From contig CAWAUV010000008.1 in NCBI GenBank assembly GCA_963785305.1, forward strand, positions 416,001 through 480,000: a DNA stretch of 64,000 nt, written 5' to 3'. Positions 10,378-20,837 of this stretch are shown in pieces; position 1 is the stretch's first letter; each line of letters opens with the position of its first letter. The stretch comes from an uncultured Planctomycetaceae bacterium. GTDB taxonomy: Bacteria > Planctomycetota > Planctomycetia > Pirellulales > PALSA-1355. The notes beneath the pieces are model-generated. The model did not search any database, was not told the DNA's origin, and saw nothing but the letters and a program-made list of their open reading frames with translations. Made by a program: the position numbers and the translations under genes.

Positions 10378-11547
10378 TCCGGCCTGCCGCAATGCGGCTG
10401 GCGGTTGCGCGGGCCGAGCGTTTGCCGGCAAAAGCAAGGGCGAGTTGCCACGGTCGCCGAACCAGGCCAGCCCTTCGACGACCAGATCGACCAACAGGCG
10501 GCCATTTGCCGGCAAGCCGGTGTCGTCGATGTCGACGACGAAGCTCTCACCCGGGGCGATGTCGCGCGGCATTGCGATCCGTCGAAAATCCCGATTCGTC
10601 ACGCCTTCTTGCCGTGATTGAAGCCCCACCTGGACGCATCCCCAGGATAGCCGCGAATCTTTCAGCCAATGTGTGCGGCTGATGTTCGTTATGCGCACAC
10701 GCATGGGGTCGCCACCGCCGCTCACCAGCGTAAATTTGGCGCGCAAATCGCGAGGATACAGCGAATTGGGCCACGGCAACGCATCCAACCAGGGAGTCGC
10801 GCCGTCGGGCTTGCGGCCGAAGAAATAGATGCCGCTAGGAATCGTCGAACGTTCGATGACATGGTCTGGCAGCCATTCGTCGATCGCCACGAGAACGTTA
10901 CCGATCGAATAATAGGCATGGCGAACGCAGCGTTGATACCAAGGCGCCAGCCACAGGCTCTTCGCGAGCGCATTCGCCATTTGCACCACGCTGGATACCG
11001 GGCCGACGCACGCTCCGCTGTCGATCCGCCGGCAAAACTTGAGCGCTTCGGCCAAGCCCGGCTTCGTCAAGCGTCGGTAGTCTTCGAAATGCACCCCGCG
11101 GCCATCGTGGGTGTGATAGTGCTGAACGAACGGAATTTCGACATACACGTGGCCGCCCGGCTTGAGCACGCGATTCATTTCCGAGGTGACAGCCGCTAGA
11201 TCGCGAACATGTTCGAGCACGGCGTTCGAGATAATCACATCGATGCTCTCGTCGGCTATCGGCAGCTTTTCGGCGTCTCCCACGATGTCGATATTGGCGC
11301 CTGGAAATAGGTTCAGATTGATTTCCAGGGGGTGGTTCCGTTGGGGCCCCCCGCCGATATGCACCACGCGCTCGCCCGGCCGATAGATGATGGGACTGCG
11401 CAGCAGGAAGCGATCCATTTGGTAATGATGCAGCGGTTCGCGAGTGACAAGGCGAAGCAGATTCCGCATCTCATCTCCAGCCAGGGCGCGTGCCAGCATC
11501 TCTTGCGAGGGCGACGGAGCGCGGAATCGTTCCAGGTTTGCTTGCAA
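10375..11547 (-). CDS. Class I SAM-dependent methyltransferase with a C-terminal Ig-like domain
   Basis: VVHIGGG motif I, GDAEKLPIADESIDVIISNAVLEHV and RVLKPGG. The C-terminus reads VRITN.S...W...IAPGES...DLVVEG..WF. Confidence 0.85.
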   Translation of the reverse strand: MQANLERFRAPSPSQEMLARALAGDEMRNLLRLVTREPLHHYQMDRFLLRSPIIYRPGERVVHIGGGPQRNHPLEINLNLFPGANIDIVGDAEKLPIADESIDVIISNAVLEHVRDLAAVTSEMNRVLKPGGHVYVEIPFVQHYHTHDGRGVHFEDYRRLTKPGLAEALKFCRRIDSGACVGPVSSVVQMANALAKSLWLAPWYQRCVRHAYYSIGNVLVAIDEWLPDHVIERSTIPSGIYFFGRKPDGATPWLDALPWPNSLYPRDLRAKFTLVSGGGDPMRVRITNISRTHWLKDSRLSWGCVQVGLQSRQEGVTNRDFRRIAMPRDIAPGESFVVDIDDTGLPANGRLLVDLVVEGLAWFGDRGNSPLLLPANARPAQPPAALRQAG

Positions 11548-11881
11548 GGGTCAAGAGCATTCGCGGGCTCGCCCGCGACATAAGCCCTCGTGCCTGGGGT
11601 GATTTGCAATGGGGTTTGCGGGTCGGCGCAGGGCGATCCTTCTCCATTCGCGGCCGCTTTTCGCTACTTTCCGACGGCAAAAAATACCCGGCTCGTTCGC
11701 TTCGCGACAGTTGTGAACCACTCCCGGTGAGCCTAGAATGTCCGGTCCGAGGGCCAAGTTGCTCGCCTGCCGGCGCTAGCCGCGGCGACCGCCTTTCCAA
11801 TCCACCGTTCGGGCGACCGTTCGGGAACACGAACTGATCTCGCGCTCGGAATTAATTCTCGCGCAATGGGGGAGCTCTGGC

Positions 11882-14170
11882 ATGTTAAGCGACGTTAAAG
11901 CATTTCGCGTTGGGAACGCCTTGATTGCCGCCGCGGTTCTCGCGGTCGCCGTGGTGGGCTCGCTTTCAGGGTGGACTCGCGAGGCCGGAGCGGCCGAGCC
12001 GAGTCCGCTGGCGGCCAAGGTCGCCGGCTCGCTCGATTTCGTGCCCAGCGATGTGAGCTTCTATTCGGTCTCGCTCCGCACCAAGGAGCAACTCGACCTC
12101 GTGCTCGAGAGCAATGCCTGGAAGAAACTCAAATCGCTGCCTTCCGTGAAGTCGGCTTGGCAACAATTTGAAAGCCAGTGGACCGACGGGCCGCTCGCGC
12201 AGTTTGCCGCCCTCTTGCAGATGCCCGAAAACGAAGAGTTGATCTCGCTCCTGGGCGATATGAGCGGAAGCGAAGTGTTCATGTATGGCGACCAGCGTCT
12301 CAACGACGCGCTGGACCTGATGAACGAAGTCAACAACGCCAGCCGGCTCTCGACGATCGCCGCCAGCATTCAAGCCATGAAGGGCAATTTCAACGAGGGT
12401 TCGGCCATGCTTCAGAGCCGCGCCGTGCTCGACACCTTGGCCGACAATCTCGACATTCTGACGATGCCCACCGTGGTGTTTGGGTTCAAGGTCAAGGACG
12501 CGACCGTGGCCTCGCGGCAGCTCAAGCGGCTCGAACTGCTCACCAAAATGGCGCTCGGACAGGCCCCCATGTTTCGCAGCCGCTTCGAGCGCAAGAAAAT
12601 CGGCGAGGGCGATTATCTGAACTTCACGCTCGATGGCAGCCTCGTGCCCTGGGAGGAATACGACCTCGAACACGTCGCCGCCGAGCCGGGCCAATACGAT
12701 GCCCTGACCGAAAAGCTCAAAGCCTTCACGCTGGCGATCAGTCTTGGCACGTATAAGAACTATGTGCTCATCGGCCTTTCGAGCTCGACCGACCATCTGG
12801 CCGCGCTCGGCGCCGGTGAAACACTCGCTCGCGACGGACGGCTCGATATCGTGGGCAAGTTCGCCGACCAGCGACTGACCGGCGTGGCCTATATCAGCCA
12901 AGAACTCATGGCCCGGCTTCAGGGCACGCCCGACAATACCGACAATATCAAGGAGATGGTCGAAGTTCTGCTGGAAGAAGCCGATGTCGACGAAGAACTA
13001 AACAACAGAGTGCTCAAGGACGTCGCCGCCCTGTCGGCGGACCTCAAGGGGTTCATTCCGAAGCCGGGCGAACTGGTGTCTTTCAGTTTCCTGACTCCCC
13101 GCGGCATCGAAAGCTATGCATACGACCATTCCCAGAACCTCGCCCTCGATGGTTCGCGTCGTCTCGATCTACTCGAGCATATCGGCGGTTCACCGATTTT
13201 GGCCTCGGTGACGCGCGGGAAAGTATCGGTCGGCCAATACAAGACGCTGGTGAAGTGGGTTAAAGTCGCCGATGGTTACTTCGAGGACTTGGCGTTGCCG
13301 GCGATGAAGGACCAGGAGCGCGAGCGGTCGGAGAAGTTCCTCAAGCTATTTAAACCGCTCGCCGCGCGTTTTAACTCCACCACCATCGACAAGCTATTCC
13401 CTGCCTTGGCCGATGGCCAAGTCGCGGTCGTGGTCGATGACAAATGGAGCAGCAAGCAGTGGCTGCAAGCGGCGCCTGAAACCGCCAAGGCGATGGCGCT
13501 GCCCGAGCCGGCGCTGGTATTTGGAGTGACCGATCCCAAGTTGCTACGACAAGCGATGAGCGATTATCAGAACATCGCCGACGACGGCGTGGTGGCCCTG
13601 CGCAAAGCAGCGCCCGAGGTGGTCCCGCCCGATTTCAAACTGCCGCGTCCGGTGAAGCAGACCGCCGGCCCCGGCGAGGCATTTGTCTATAAAATTCCGG
13701 CCGAGGCGGGCCTCGACGCCCAAGTGGCGCCCAACGCGGCCTTGGGTGACCATACCGCGGTCTTGTCGCTCTCGGTCGCGCATTCCGCCCGGCTGCTCGC
13801 TTCGACACCCTATAAAGGCGCCGGCGCCCTGGCCGACACCCGCCAATCCCTGGCCAACGCCGTGGTCTGGAATTGGGCCGATGGCGTCGAACTGGCGTCG
13901 CCCTGGGTCCTGTTTGGCGTGAAAAACTACGGCGCGATCGCGATGCAAGCCGCCGCCGGCGCCGCGGGACTCGACAATGCCGACGATCCCGACGACAAGG
14001 GCGCCGTGAAGCCCGAAATGGAATTCGACGTGGAGGCCGTCTTGCCGCAAGTGCGAGATGGGCTGACGATCTTCAAAACCCTGCGCACCATCACCTCGTC
14101 GCTGCGCATCGACGAAACATCGGGCGCCATGATTCGCCACACCGAATTCTACTTCCAGGACCTCCCCTGA
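11882..14170 (+). CDS. Secreted planctomycete hypothetical protein (762 aa)
   Basis: Long ORF with typical codon bias and a Sec-type signal peptide ending in AGA. Confidence 0.8.
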   Translation: MLSDVKAFRVGNALIAAAVLAVAVVGSLSGWTREAGAAEPSPLAAKVAGSLDFVPSDVSFYSVSLRTKEQLDLVLESNAWKKLKSLPSVKSAWQQFESQWTDGPLAQFAALLQMPENEELISLLGDMSGSEVFMYGDQRLNDALDLMNEVNNASRLSTIAASIQAMKGNFNEGSAMLQSRAVLDTLADNLDILTMPTVVFGFKVKDATVASRQLKRLELLTKMALGQAPMFRSRFERKKIGEGDYLNFTLDGSLVPWEEYDLEHVAAEPGQYDALTEKLKAFTLAISLGTYKNYVLIGLSSSTDHLAALGAGETLARDGRLDIVGKFADQRLTGVAYISQELMARLQGTPDNTDNIKEMVEVLLEEADVDEELNNRVLKDVAALSADLKGFIPKPGELVSFSFLTPRGIESYAYDHSQNLALDGSRRLDLLEHIGGSPILASVTRGKVSVGQYKTLVKWVKVADGYFEDLALPAMKDQERERSEKFLKLFKPLAARFNSTTIDKLFPALADGQVAVVVDDKWSSKQWLQAAPETAKAMALPEPALVFGVTDPKLLRQAMSDYQNIADDGVVALRKAAPEVVPPDFKLPRPVKQTAGPGEAFVYKIPAEAGLDAQVAPNAALGDHTAVLSLSVAHSARLLASTPYKGAGALADTRQSLANAVVWNWADGVELASPWVLFGVKNYGAIAMQAAAGAAGLDNADDPDDKGAVKPEMEFDVEAVLPQVRDGLTIFKTLRTITSSLRIDETSGAMIRHTEFYFQDLP

Positions 14171-14230
14171 CCGATTGCGTGCCGCAACGGGCCGCGCGAT
14201 CGGCCCCGAACACACAGGCGAGACTCCGGC

Positions 14231-15334
14231 ATGGCGGCGATTGAGGCAATCGAGTACCTCGCGCATCCCGAAAAGCATCCGCCCAAACCGGTGTGCGCGC
14301 TGTTCGGCGACCAGAGTTTCTTGCAGCGCGAAGCGCTCGCGGCGCTGCGGCGCCGCGTGGCCCCGGCCGACGACGGCGACTTTTCGATCGTGACATTCGA
14401 TGGCGACAACGTCGAACTGGTCCGGGTGCTCGATGAGCTCTCGACGCTCGCCATGTTTGGCGGCGGCGGCCGGCTGGTGATCGTGGAAAACGCCGACAAT
14501 TTCGTGAGCCGTCATCGCGCCGCGCTCGAACAATACGCCGCCCATCCCAGGCAATCGTCGACCTTGGCGATCGTGCGCACAGTTGGCCCGGCAATACACG
14601 TCTGGCCAAGCTCGTGGCCGCCACGGGACTCACGGTCGAATGCAAGTTTCCCACTCCCGCCCGCTTGGTGAAATGGCTTTCGCGCTGGGCCAAGGAGTCG
14701 CCACGCCGCGACGCTCGACGCCGACGCCGCCCAACTGCTCGCCGAGCAAGTGGAGCCGGACCTGGGCCTAATCGATCAGGAGTTGGCGAAGCTGGCATCG
14801 ATCGCCGGGCCCGGCGCGGCGATCGACGCGGCGATGATCTCGAGCCATGTGGGCGGCTGGCGAACGAAGACCGTGTGGCAACTGCTCGACGCCGCGCTCG
14901 ACGGGCAGACCGCCGAAGCGCTCGTCGAGCTCGACCGCCTGCTCCTGGCCGGCGAAGCGCCCATCGCGCTCATGGGCCAGGTCGCCTACACGCTCCGTCG
15001 CTTCGGCGCCGCGGTCCGACGGGTCGAGCAGGGCGAGCAATCAGGCGGACGCGTGAACCTGCGAGCGGCGCTCGAGCAAGCCGGGCTCAAGCCGTTTGCC
15101 ATCGCCAAGGCCGAATCTCAGTTGCGGCGTCTCGGTCGCCAGCGAGGCGGCCAATTGCTCGACTGGTTGCTCGAAGCCGATTTGGCGCTCAAGGGCACGA
15201 GCTCATCGCCCTCGCGCGGCCGGCTGCTTCTGGAGCAGTTCATCGTCAGACTTTCCGCGCCCGCGGAAGGCCACCGCTTACCGCCTGCCGGTTCGCGCCC
15301 CCGCCCGGCGGGCGCTGGCCATCGCTCCCGGTGA
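14231..15334 (+). CDS. holA: DNA polymerase III subunit delta (frameshifted)
   Basis: PVCALFGDQSFL...ELSTLAMFGGGGRLVIVENAD, DLGLIDQELAKLA and LLEADLALKG, spread over three frames. Confidence 0.85.
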
Positions 15335-15592
15335 TGCGCGGGCATCGCTAGCGCGGCGTGGCGCCCGAATGCTGGCGGAGCATCCGTCGAAGCGTCGGCA
15401 AAAGCGCGGCCGGACTTGACGGAAAATTCACGGATTGGTACTAACCGAGCCCGCTGAGTATTTCCATTCATTTCGATCGCTCGGCGCTCGTCTGTTGTTG
15501 CTCCCATCTTTTTGTCCGTCCGGCGGGATTGCCCACTCGCCGAAGTTTGATGCGAGGTTCGTGCGCTGAATACCATTCTTTGCCGGCGCGTC

Positions 15593-16891
15593 GTGGGGGT
15601 CGCGCTGGTCATGTTATCGGCCGCGCCAGCCTGGGCGCAGCGCATGCAGTTTCCGACGATGGTCTCGTCGGCGGCATACGCGCCCGGGGCTGATCCAAAC
15701 GCGCCGGCGGTGGATGTCGTGCCCCAATGGGGCGCGCCGGGCAGCGGCGCGCCTTCGACCGGGGCCGCAATCGCGCCGGCGCCCTATTCGCCCGCGCCGG
15801 CCTACGCGCCCGCGCCCGCTTCGCCCGCGCCGTTTAACGCTCCGGCCTATTCGGCGGCGGCGCCCGCCGGCTTGCCGACGGTGGCGCCGAGCGGCGCGGC
15901 GCCCGCGTTTGATCCCTATTCCACGACCGCGCAGCCCACGGTGACGATCGCGCCGCAGTATTCGCCCTATGCGGCGTCGCCCTATGCGCCGCCACCCGCC
16001 GCGCCCTATTCCACCACGCCGAGCGTGCTCTATCCGAGCGGCAGCCCGGCGCCGATGCAAGCCGCGCCGCCCGGAACGATCTTTCCCTCGCTGGCCCAGC
16101 CCTTGCGCCTCTTGCAAGAACTGCGATTTCGGGAAACCTTTCTGGCGCGAGGCAATGGCAACGAAGGCTTTGGCGTGACCTCGAGCGAGATTTCAAGCAC
16201 GTTTACATTGCCGCTGCTCTACAGTCAGGCGCCGCTCTTGATCACGCCCGGCTTCGGCTACCACTCGCTGAATGGCCCCTCGACGATGCCGCCTTCCTAC
16301 GCCGATCTGCCGCCGGCGGTGTACGACTGCTATCTCGACGTGGCTTGGCAGCCGCGAATCACGAACTGGCTCAGCGCCGACCTCGGCGCCCGGGCCGGCA
16401 TCTACTCCGACTTTCACGCCGTGAACACGCAAAGCATCCGTATCATGGGCCGGGCGATCGCGCTCATTGCCCTGCGGAGCGATTTGCAATTGGCGGCGGG
16501 CGTGGTGTATCTGGACCGCAACTTGATCAAGATGTTGCCGGCCGGCGGTATTATTTGGACCCCCAACCCCGACACCCGGCTCGATATCGTGTTTCCGAAC
16601 CCCAAGCTGGCCCATCGCTTCACCACCGTGGGCACCACCGATCTTTGGCTGTACCTCGCCGGCGAATACGGCGGTGGCGCTTGGACGATTCGCCGGGCCG
16701 ACGGAGCTTCCGACAATTTCGACTACAACGACATTCGCCTCTCGCTGGGCGTCGACATGTACGGCGCGTCGCACATTCGCGGCATGGCCGAAGTCGGTTG
16801 GGTGTTCGACCGCCAGATCATCTACCGCAGCGGCACTCCGCAGTTCGATCCCTCCGACACCGTGATGGTCCGCGCCGGATTGAACTACTGA
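15593..16891 (+). CDS. Pro/Ala-rich secreted protein with a probable outer-membrane beta-barrel
   Basis: Signal peptide (APAWA), a PAPY-rich linker, alternating amphipathic strands and a terminal aromatic residue (VRAGLNY). Confidence 0.75.
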   Translation: MGVALVMLSAAPAWAQRMQFPTMVSSAAYAPGADPNAPAVDVVPQWGAPGSGAPSTGAAIAPAPYSPAPAYAPAPASPAPFNAPAYSAAAPAGLPTVAPSGAAPAFDPYSTTAQPTVTIAPQYSPYAASPYAPPPAAPYSTTPSVLYPSGSPAPMQAAPPGTIFPSLAQPLRLLQELRFRETFLARGNGNEGFGVTSSEISSTFTLPLLYSQAPLLITPGFGYHSLNGPSTMPPSYADLPPAVYDCYLDVAWQPRITNWLSADLGARAGIYSDFHAVNTQSIRIMGRAIALIALRSDLQLAAGVVYLDRNLIKMLPAGGIIWTPNPDTRLDIVFPNPKLAHRFTTVGTTDLWLYLAGEYGGGAWTIRRADGASDNFDYNDIRLSLGVDMYGASHIRGMAEVGWVFDRQIIYRSGTPQFDPSDTVMVRAGLNY

Positions 16892-17011
16892 TATCCCCGT
16901 GAAAGAAACACTCACGCGCGAGGGCGCCGAGGACGCCGTGAAAAACATTGCGGGCGAATAATAATACGCGCCGTCGCCCACGCGACCGCGATCCCGCGAT
17001 TCGCCCGCGCC

Positions 17012-18058
17012 TCATGCGCTTTTCGCCGCCAACGCCGCCAAGCGATCGAGGCTCTCGCTCCACCCTTGACGCATGCCGGCGATCATGCCGGTCGCCGTGG
17101 GCGTCACTTGCAGCACTTCGGCCGTGAGCGTCAAAAGAGTTTTGCCGCCCACATCGGCGAACGTAATCGTGTTGAGAATCTCGGCAAGGGGTCGGCGGGC
17201 GGCGTCGACCGGCGATGTGACAAACACCAGTCGCTCGGGCGGCGACAACTCGCGAAACTCGCCGGTCATCGGATAATCGACGCCCTCGGCCGATCGCATC
17301 ACCATCCAGATCGCTCCGCCCGGCCGGGCATCGACTTCGCATTCGGGAGTCGTGAATCCCTTCGGGCCCCACCAAGCGGCCAAATGCGCTGCTTCGGTCC
17401 ACAGACGATACACAAGCTCTCGCGGCGCCGCCAACTCTCGGGTAAGCACCAGCTTGCGGCCGCCTTCGAGCGCCGGATCGGCGCCGGATGAAAGCGATCC
17501 GGGTTCGGAGGAACAGGCGCCCGCGGCCTGCCGGGCCAAATGTTCGGCCAATCGAGCGAGCGTCTGCTTGCCGCCTTCCAGGGCGCCGTATTGTTCGACG
17601 ACGCGATTCCGTTCTTCGGCCGAGGAAAAGATCATTCGCAATGTCACTTCCGTTTGCCCCCGACCGCCGCGGGCCGGGAGCTCGACGAACGTGACCTCGG
17701 TGCGATGGTCCGAGCGTTCGCAGGCGGCGTCGGGCTGGTGCTCGAAGACGAGCCGCTCCGGGGGCGCCACTTCCAGAAAAACCACGCGATTATGATAATC
17801 GTGGCCGTCGGGACCGTGCATCACAAGCCGCCACACGCCGCCGAGCCGCACGTCCATCTGGCGGATCGTGGTTTGGAACCCGAACGGCCCCCACCATTTT
17901 GCCACATGCTCCCGCTCGGTCCACATGCGATAAACCAGAACCCGCGGCGCGTCGAACACCCGCGTGAGCAAGATTTCCCGATCGGCGTTTGCGGCGTCGT
18001 CGGTGGCGGGTCGATCGGACTTTACCATGAGAATTCTCCTAGGGCGGTCGGCGCTCAT
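17012..18058 (-). CDS. Tandem SRPBCC/AHSA1-domain protein
   Basis: Two repeats of LTR.(F/L).APR.LVY..WT...H...WWGP.GF, plus a C-terminal GWSESLDRLA. Confidence 0.9.
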   Translation of the reverse strand: MSADRPRRILMVKSDRPATDDAANADREILLTRVFDAPRVLVYRMWTEREHVAKWWGPFGFQTTIRQMDVRLGGVWRLVMHGPDGHDYHNRVVFLEVAPPERLVFEHQPDAACERSDHRTEVTFVELPARGGRGQTEVTLRMIFSSAEERNRVVEQYGALEGGKQTLARLAEHLARQAAGACSSEPGSLSSGADPALEGGRKLVLTRELAAPRELVYRLWTEAAHLAAWWGPKGFTTPECEVDARPGGAIWMVMRSAEGVDYPMTGEFRELSPPERLVFVTSPVDAARRPLAEILNTITFADVGGKTLLTLTAEVLQVTPTATGMIAGMRQGWSESLDRLAALAAKSA

Positions 18059-18500
18059 GGCCGGCAGCGATGGGTTCCTATTTTATGCATCGACCGGAGC
18101 AATGAGATACCATGAGGTTAAATAACCGCCAGGTAAACTACATTTCGTGGCCAGTCGCGTCAAGCGGCAGCGGGAATATACCAGAAGGCCATGACCGCCC
18201 ATTCGCCACGCGACTTGGAACCGCCACGCGCGGACCATGCCCGCGACGGGGCAATTGTTGTGACTATCGCGTTGCGTGTCCGACGACGGAAAATTGCAGT
18301 TAGGCACGTCCGGTTCCGGCGGTGTACGCGCTCGCTAACGCCGCAGGTCATAAAGTCGGGGACAGCGGCGTCTTCATCCGGTCCCGGTGTGGCGGCTTAT
18401 CGGGCTCGGGGTATACTTCATGCCGCGTCGCGGCGGCGACCAAATGAAACCGCGCATATTCCCGCGGCATTCGTCGCCGCGCATAAAACAGGCGAACCTC

Positions 18501-20837
18501 ATGGCTCCCACAGTCGACGAAGCATACCCATCAGAGCGAATACACGACGACGCGGCCCAGCAACCGCCGCCGCTCGACGAGGCGCAAAGGCATGCGATTC
18601 TCGCATGCCACCAGAAGCTGGTGGGCGAAGGGCAACTGCCCACGACGACCGAACTCGACAGCGAATTTCGGATTTTTCGCGAGCGGTTTGGCCCGGAAGT
18701 GCTGAAGAACGTCGATGGCGAGGCGTTGCTCAATTTGATGCATGACCACGCCAACCATGATAGTCTCGTCTACTGGTTGGAATACAAGAATGACGATGTG
18801 TTCAAGACGACGCGCCACGGCGGCATTGCCGGCGGTAGCGCGCTGAAATTCGGGATTTTTCGCCAGGCGTCCACCGGCAATTGGCGTGCTGGCGACGCGT
18901 CGAACAAGCCGATGGATATTTCGGTCGAGGAAGCGATTGAAATTGCGCGAGTTCATCGCGATGAGCTTCTCAAGGGAATCGCGATCCTCGACCAAGTTTC
19001 CCACAACGCGCCGGACGAAGCCTACGCGTGGCTTCAAAAGCAAATGGACGCACGGGCGCCCACCGTGAGCGATCTGGCCTGGGGTCACAAGTATTTCTAT
19101 CTGCTTTTTCCGAACAAGCTCGATGATTTTCACAGCACGGCGTGGCAACGATTTCGTCTGCTGAAGCTTTTGCAAATGCCGCCCGCCGGCGAGGGACGAT
19201 TCCTATGTGCTGGTCGATTTGTCCGGGCCGCGAATCAACTGGGGCTTTCGATGAATCATTTCTCGAGCACGCTCGACGCGATCCAAGGTGGCCTGCGTCG
19301 GTACTGGCGGATTGGAACCCATCACAACGGAAACGGCACGTTCTACTGGCCGCTGATGCGAGACCGCGGCCGCATTGCGATAGGGTGGGAAAAGCTGGGC
19401 GACATCTCCTGGATCGAAGCGACGAAAGAATCGCGTGAGAGGCTAAAGCATGAACTTGGTAAAGCGCGTCAAAATACCCCGCAAGTGATTGGCAAGGACT
19501 GCACCCAGTTGACGAACTTCGTCGCGGTGATGGGCGAAGGCGACATCGTATTGGCGGCTAACGGCATGAGGGTGCTGGGAGTTGGTCGCGTCATTGGCGG
19601 CTACGAGTATCATCCGGAAGATGGGTTCCCACATCAGAGACAGGTTGAGTGGTTGACGCTCGATGAATGGAGCATGCCGTTCCCGAGAGAAGGCTTGCAG
19701 TCGACCGTCCGAGAGCTCAAGAGGCACGACGAGAACATTCTGGCGATCGAACACCGGCTTCAGTCGATCATCTCGCTGCCCCCGAAACTACTCGGAGTCG
19801 CAACGAGAATTCAATCGATTCTCGAGCGTAAGGGCCAAGTCATTCTATTTGGCCCGCCGGGCACGGGTAAGACTTTTTGGGCCGAGCGAGCGGCGAACGA
19901 TCTCGCGGCCATGTCGGCGTTTGGGAAATTGTTTGACTCACTCGACGCGACCGAGAAACAAGTCGTGCAGGGCGTGGGCGAGACTCCAGGGCTTGTCCGG
20001 CTGTGCTGTTTTCATCCAGGCTATGGCTACGAGGATTTTCTGGAAGGCTACCGGCCGCGGGCCTTGAATGGGCAGGTCGCGTTCGAGCTTCGTGACGGAG
20101 TGTTCAAGAGGCTCTGCGACGATGCGCGGAAAATGCCCGATCGCAACTTTTACTTAATCGTCGACGAAATCAATCGCGGCGACATTCCCCGCATTTTTGG
20201 CGAACTGCTGACGGTTCTGGAAAAGAGCAAACGGGGCAAGCAAGTTATTTTGCCCCTCAGTCAGAAAACGTTTTGCGTCCCGACGAACGTGTTTCTACTG
20301 GGCACGATGAACACCGCGGACCATTCGATTTCACTGCTCGATGTCGCGCTTCGGCGGCGATTCGGATTCATCGAACTAATGCCCGACGCCGTTGTCCTCA
20401 AGGACTCGATCGTCGCGGGCATCGCGTTGCAGCCCTGGCTTGAAGCCTTGAACGCCAGCATTCGAAAGCACGCGGGCCGCGATGCCCGCAACTTGCAGAT
20501 CGGCCATTCCTATCTCATGCATTCCGGCCGTCCGCTCAAGGACTTGCCCTCACTCAGGCGAGCGGTTAGGGACGATATCATTCCACTGCTTCAAGAATAC
20601 TGTTACGACGATTACGGCGCCCTCAAAAACATTCTAGGCGGACAAATCATCAACGCGAAGGATGCTTGTATCAACCCGGAAATATTTGATCGAGGGCATG
20701 AGGCGTCATTCGTCGCCGCCCTGCTCGCCCCTTTCCCGGGCATTGCAACATCGCCCGAAGCCATCGAGGCGGACGAATCGCCGGTCGAGTCTGAAAGCGA
20801 TGAAGAGCGGGACGATGACGCGGAGGGCGAGACGTGA
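18501..20837 (+). CDS. mcrB: McrB-like AAA+ GTPase of a type IV (modification-dependent) restriction system
   Basis: Walker A GPPGTGKT, FHPGYGYEDFLEG, Walker B LIVDEINRG, the McrB signature MNTAD and ALRRRF. It has a long N-terminal extension. Start is uncertain (18387-18501). Confidence 0.9.
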   Translation: MAPTVDEAYPSERIHDDAAQQPPPLDEAQRHAILACHQKLVGEGQLPTTTELDSEFRIFRERFGPEVLKNVDGEALLNLMHDHANHDSLVYWLEYKNDDVFKTTRHGGIAGGSALKFGIFRQASTGNWRAGDASNKPMDISVEEAIEIARVHRDELLKGIAILDQVSHNAPDEAYAWLQKQMDARAPTVSDLAWGHKYFYLLFPNKLDDFHSTAWQRFRLLKLLQMPPAGEGRFLCAGRFVRAANQLGLSMNHFSSTLDAIQGGLRRYWRIGTHHNGNGTFYWPLMRDRGRIAIGWEKLGDISWIEATKESRERLKHELGKARQNTPQVIGKDCTQLTNFVAVMGEGDIVLAANGMRVLGVGRVIGGYEYHPEDGFPHQRQVEWLTLDEWSMPFPREGLQSTVRELKRHDENILAIEHRLQSIISLPPKLLGVATRIQSILERKGQVILFGPPGTGKTFWAERAANDLAAMSAFGKLFDSLDATEKQVVQGVGETPGLVRLCCFHPGYGYEDFLEGYRPRALNGQVAFELRDGVFKRLCDDARKMPDRNFYLIVDEINRGDIPRIFGELLTVLEKSKRGKQVILPLSQKTFCVPTNVFLLGTMNTADHSISLLDVALRRRFGFIELMPDAVVLKDSIVAGIALQPWLEALNASIRKHAGRDARNLQIGHSYLMHSGRPLKDLPSLRRAVRDDIIPLLQEYCYDDYGALKNILGGQIINAKDACINPEIFDRGHEASFVAALLAPFPGIATSPEAIEADESPVESESDEERDDDAEGET

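Noticed and set aside
14231..15334. holA (and mutL, valS, ygfZ) as pseudogenes or programmed frameshifts
   Set aside because: These are essential or conserved genes, the breaks are scattered across the window, and I saw no consistent slippery motifs. Sequencing error is more parsimonious.
15700..16080. Repetitive GC-rich DNA suggesting a repeat array
   Set aside because: It is explained by the Pro/Ala/Tyr low-complexity linker of the encoded protein.
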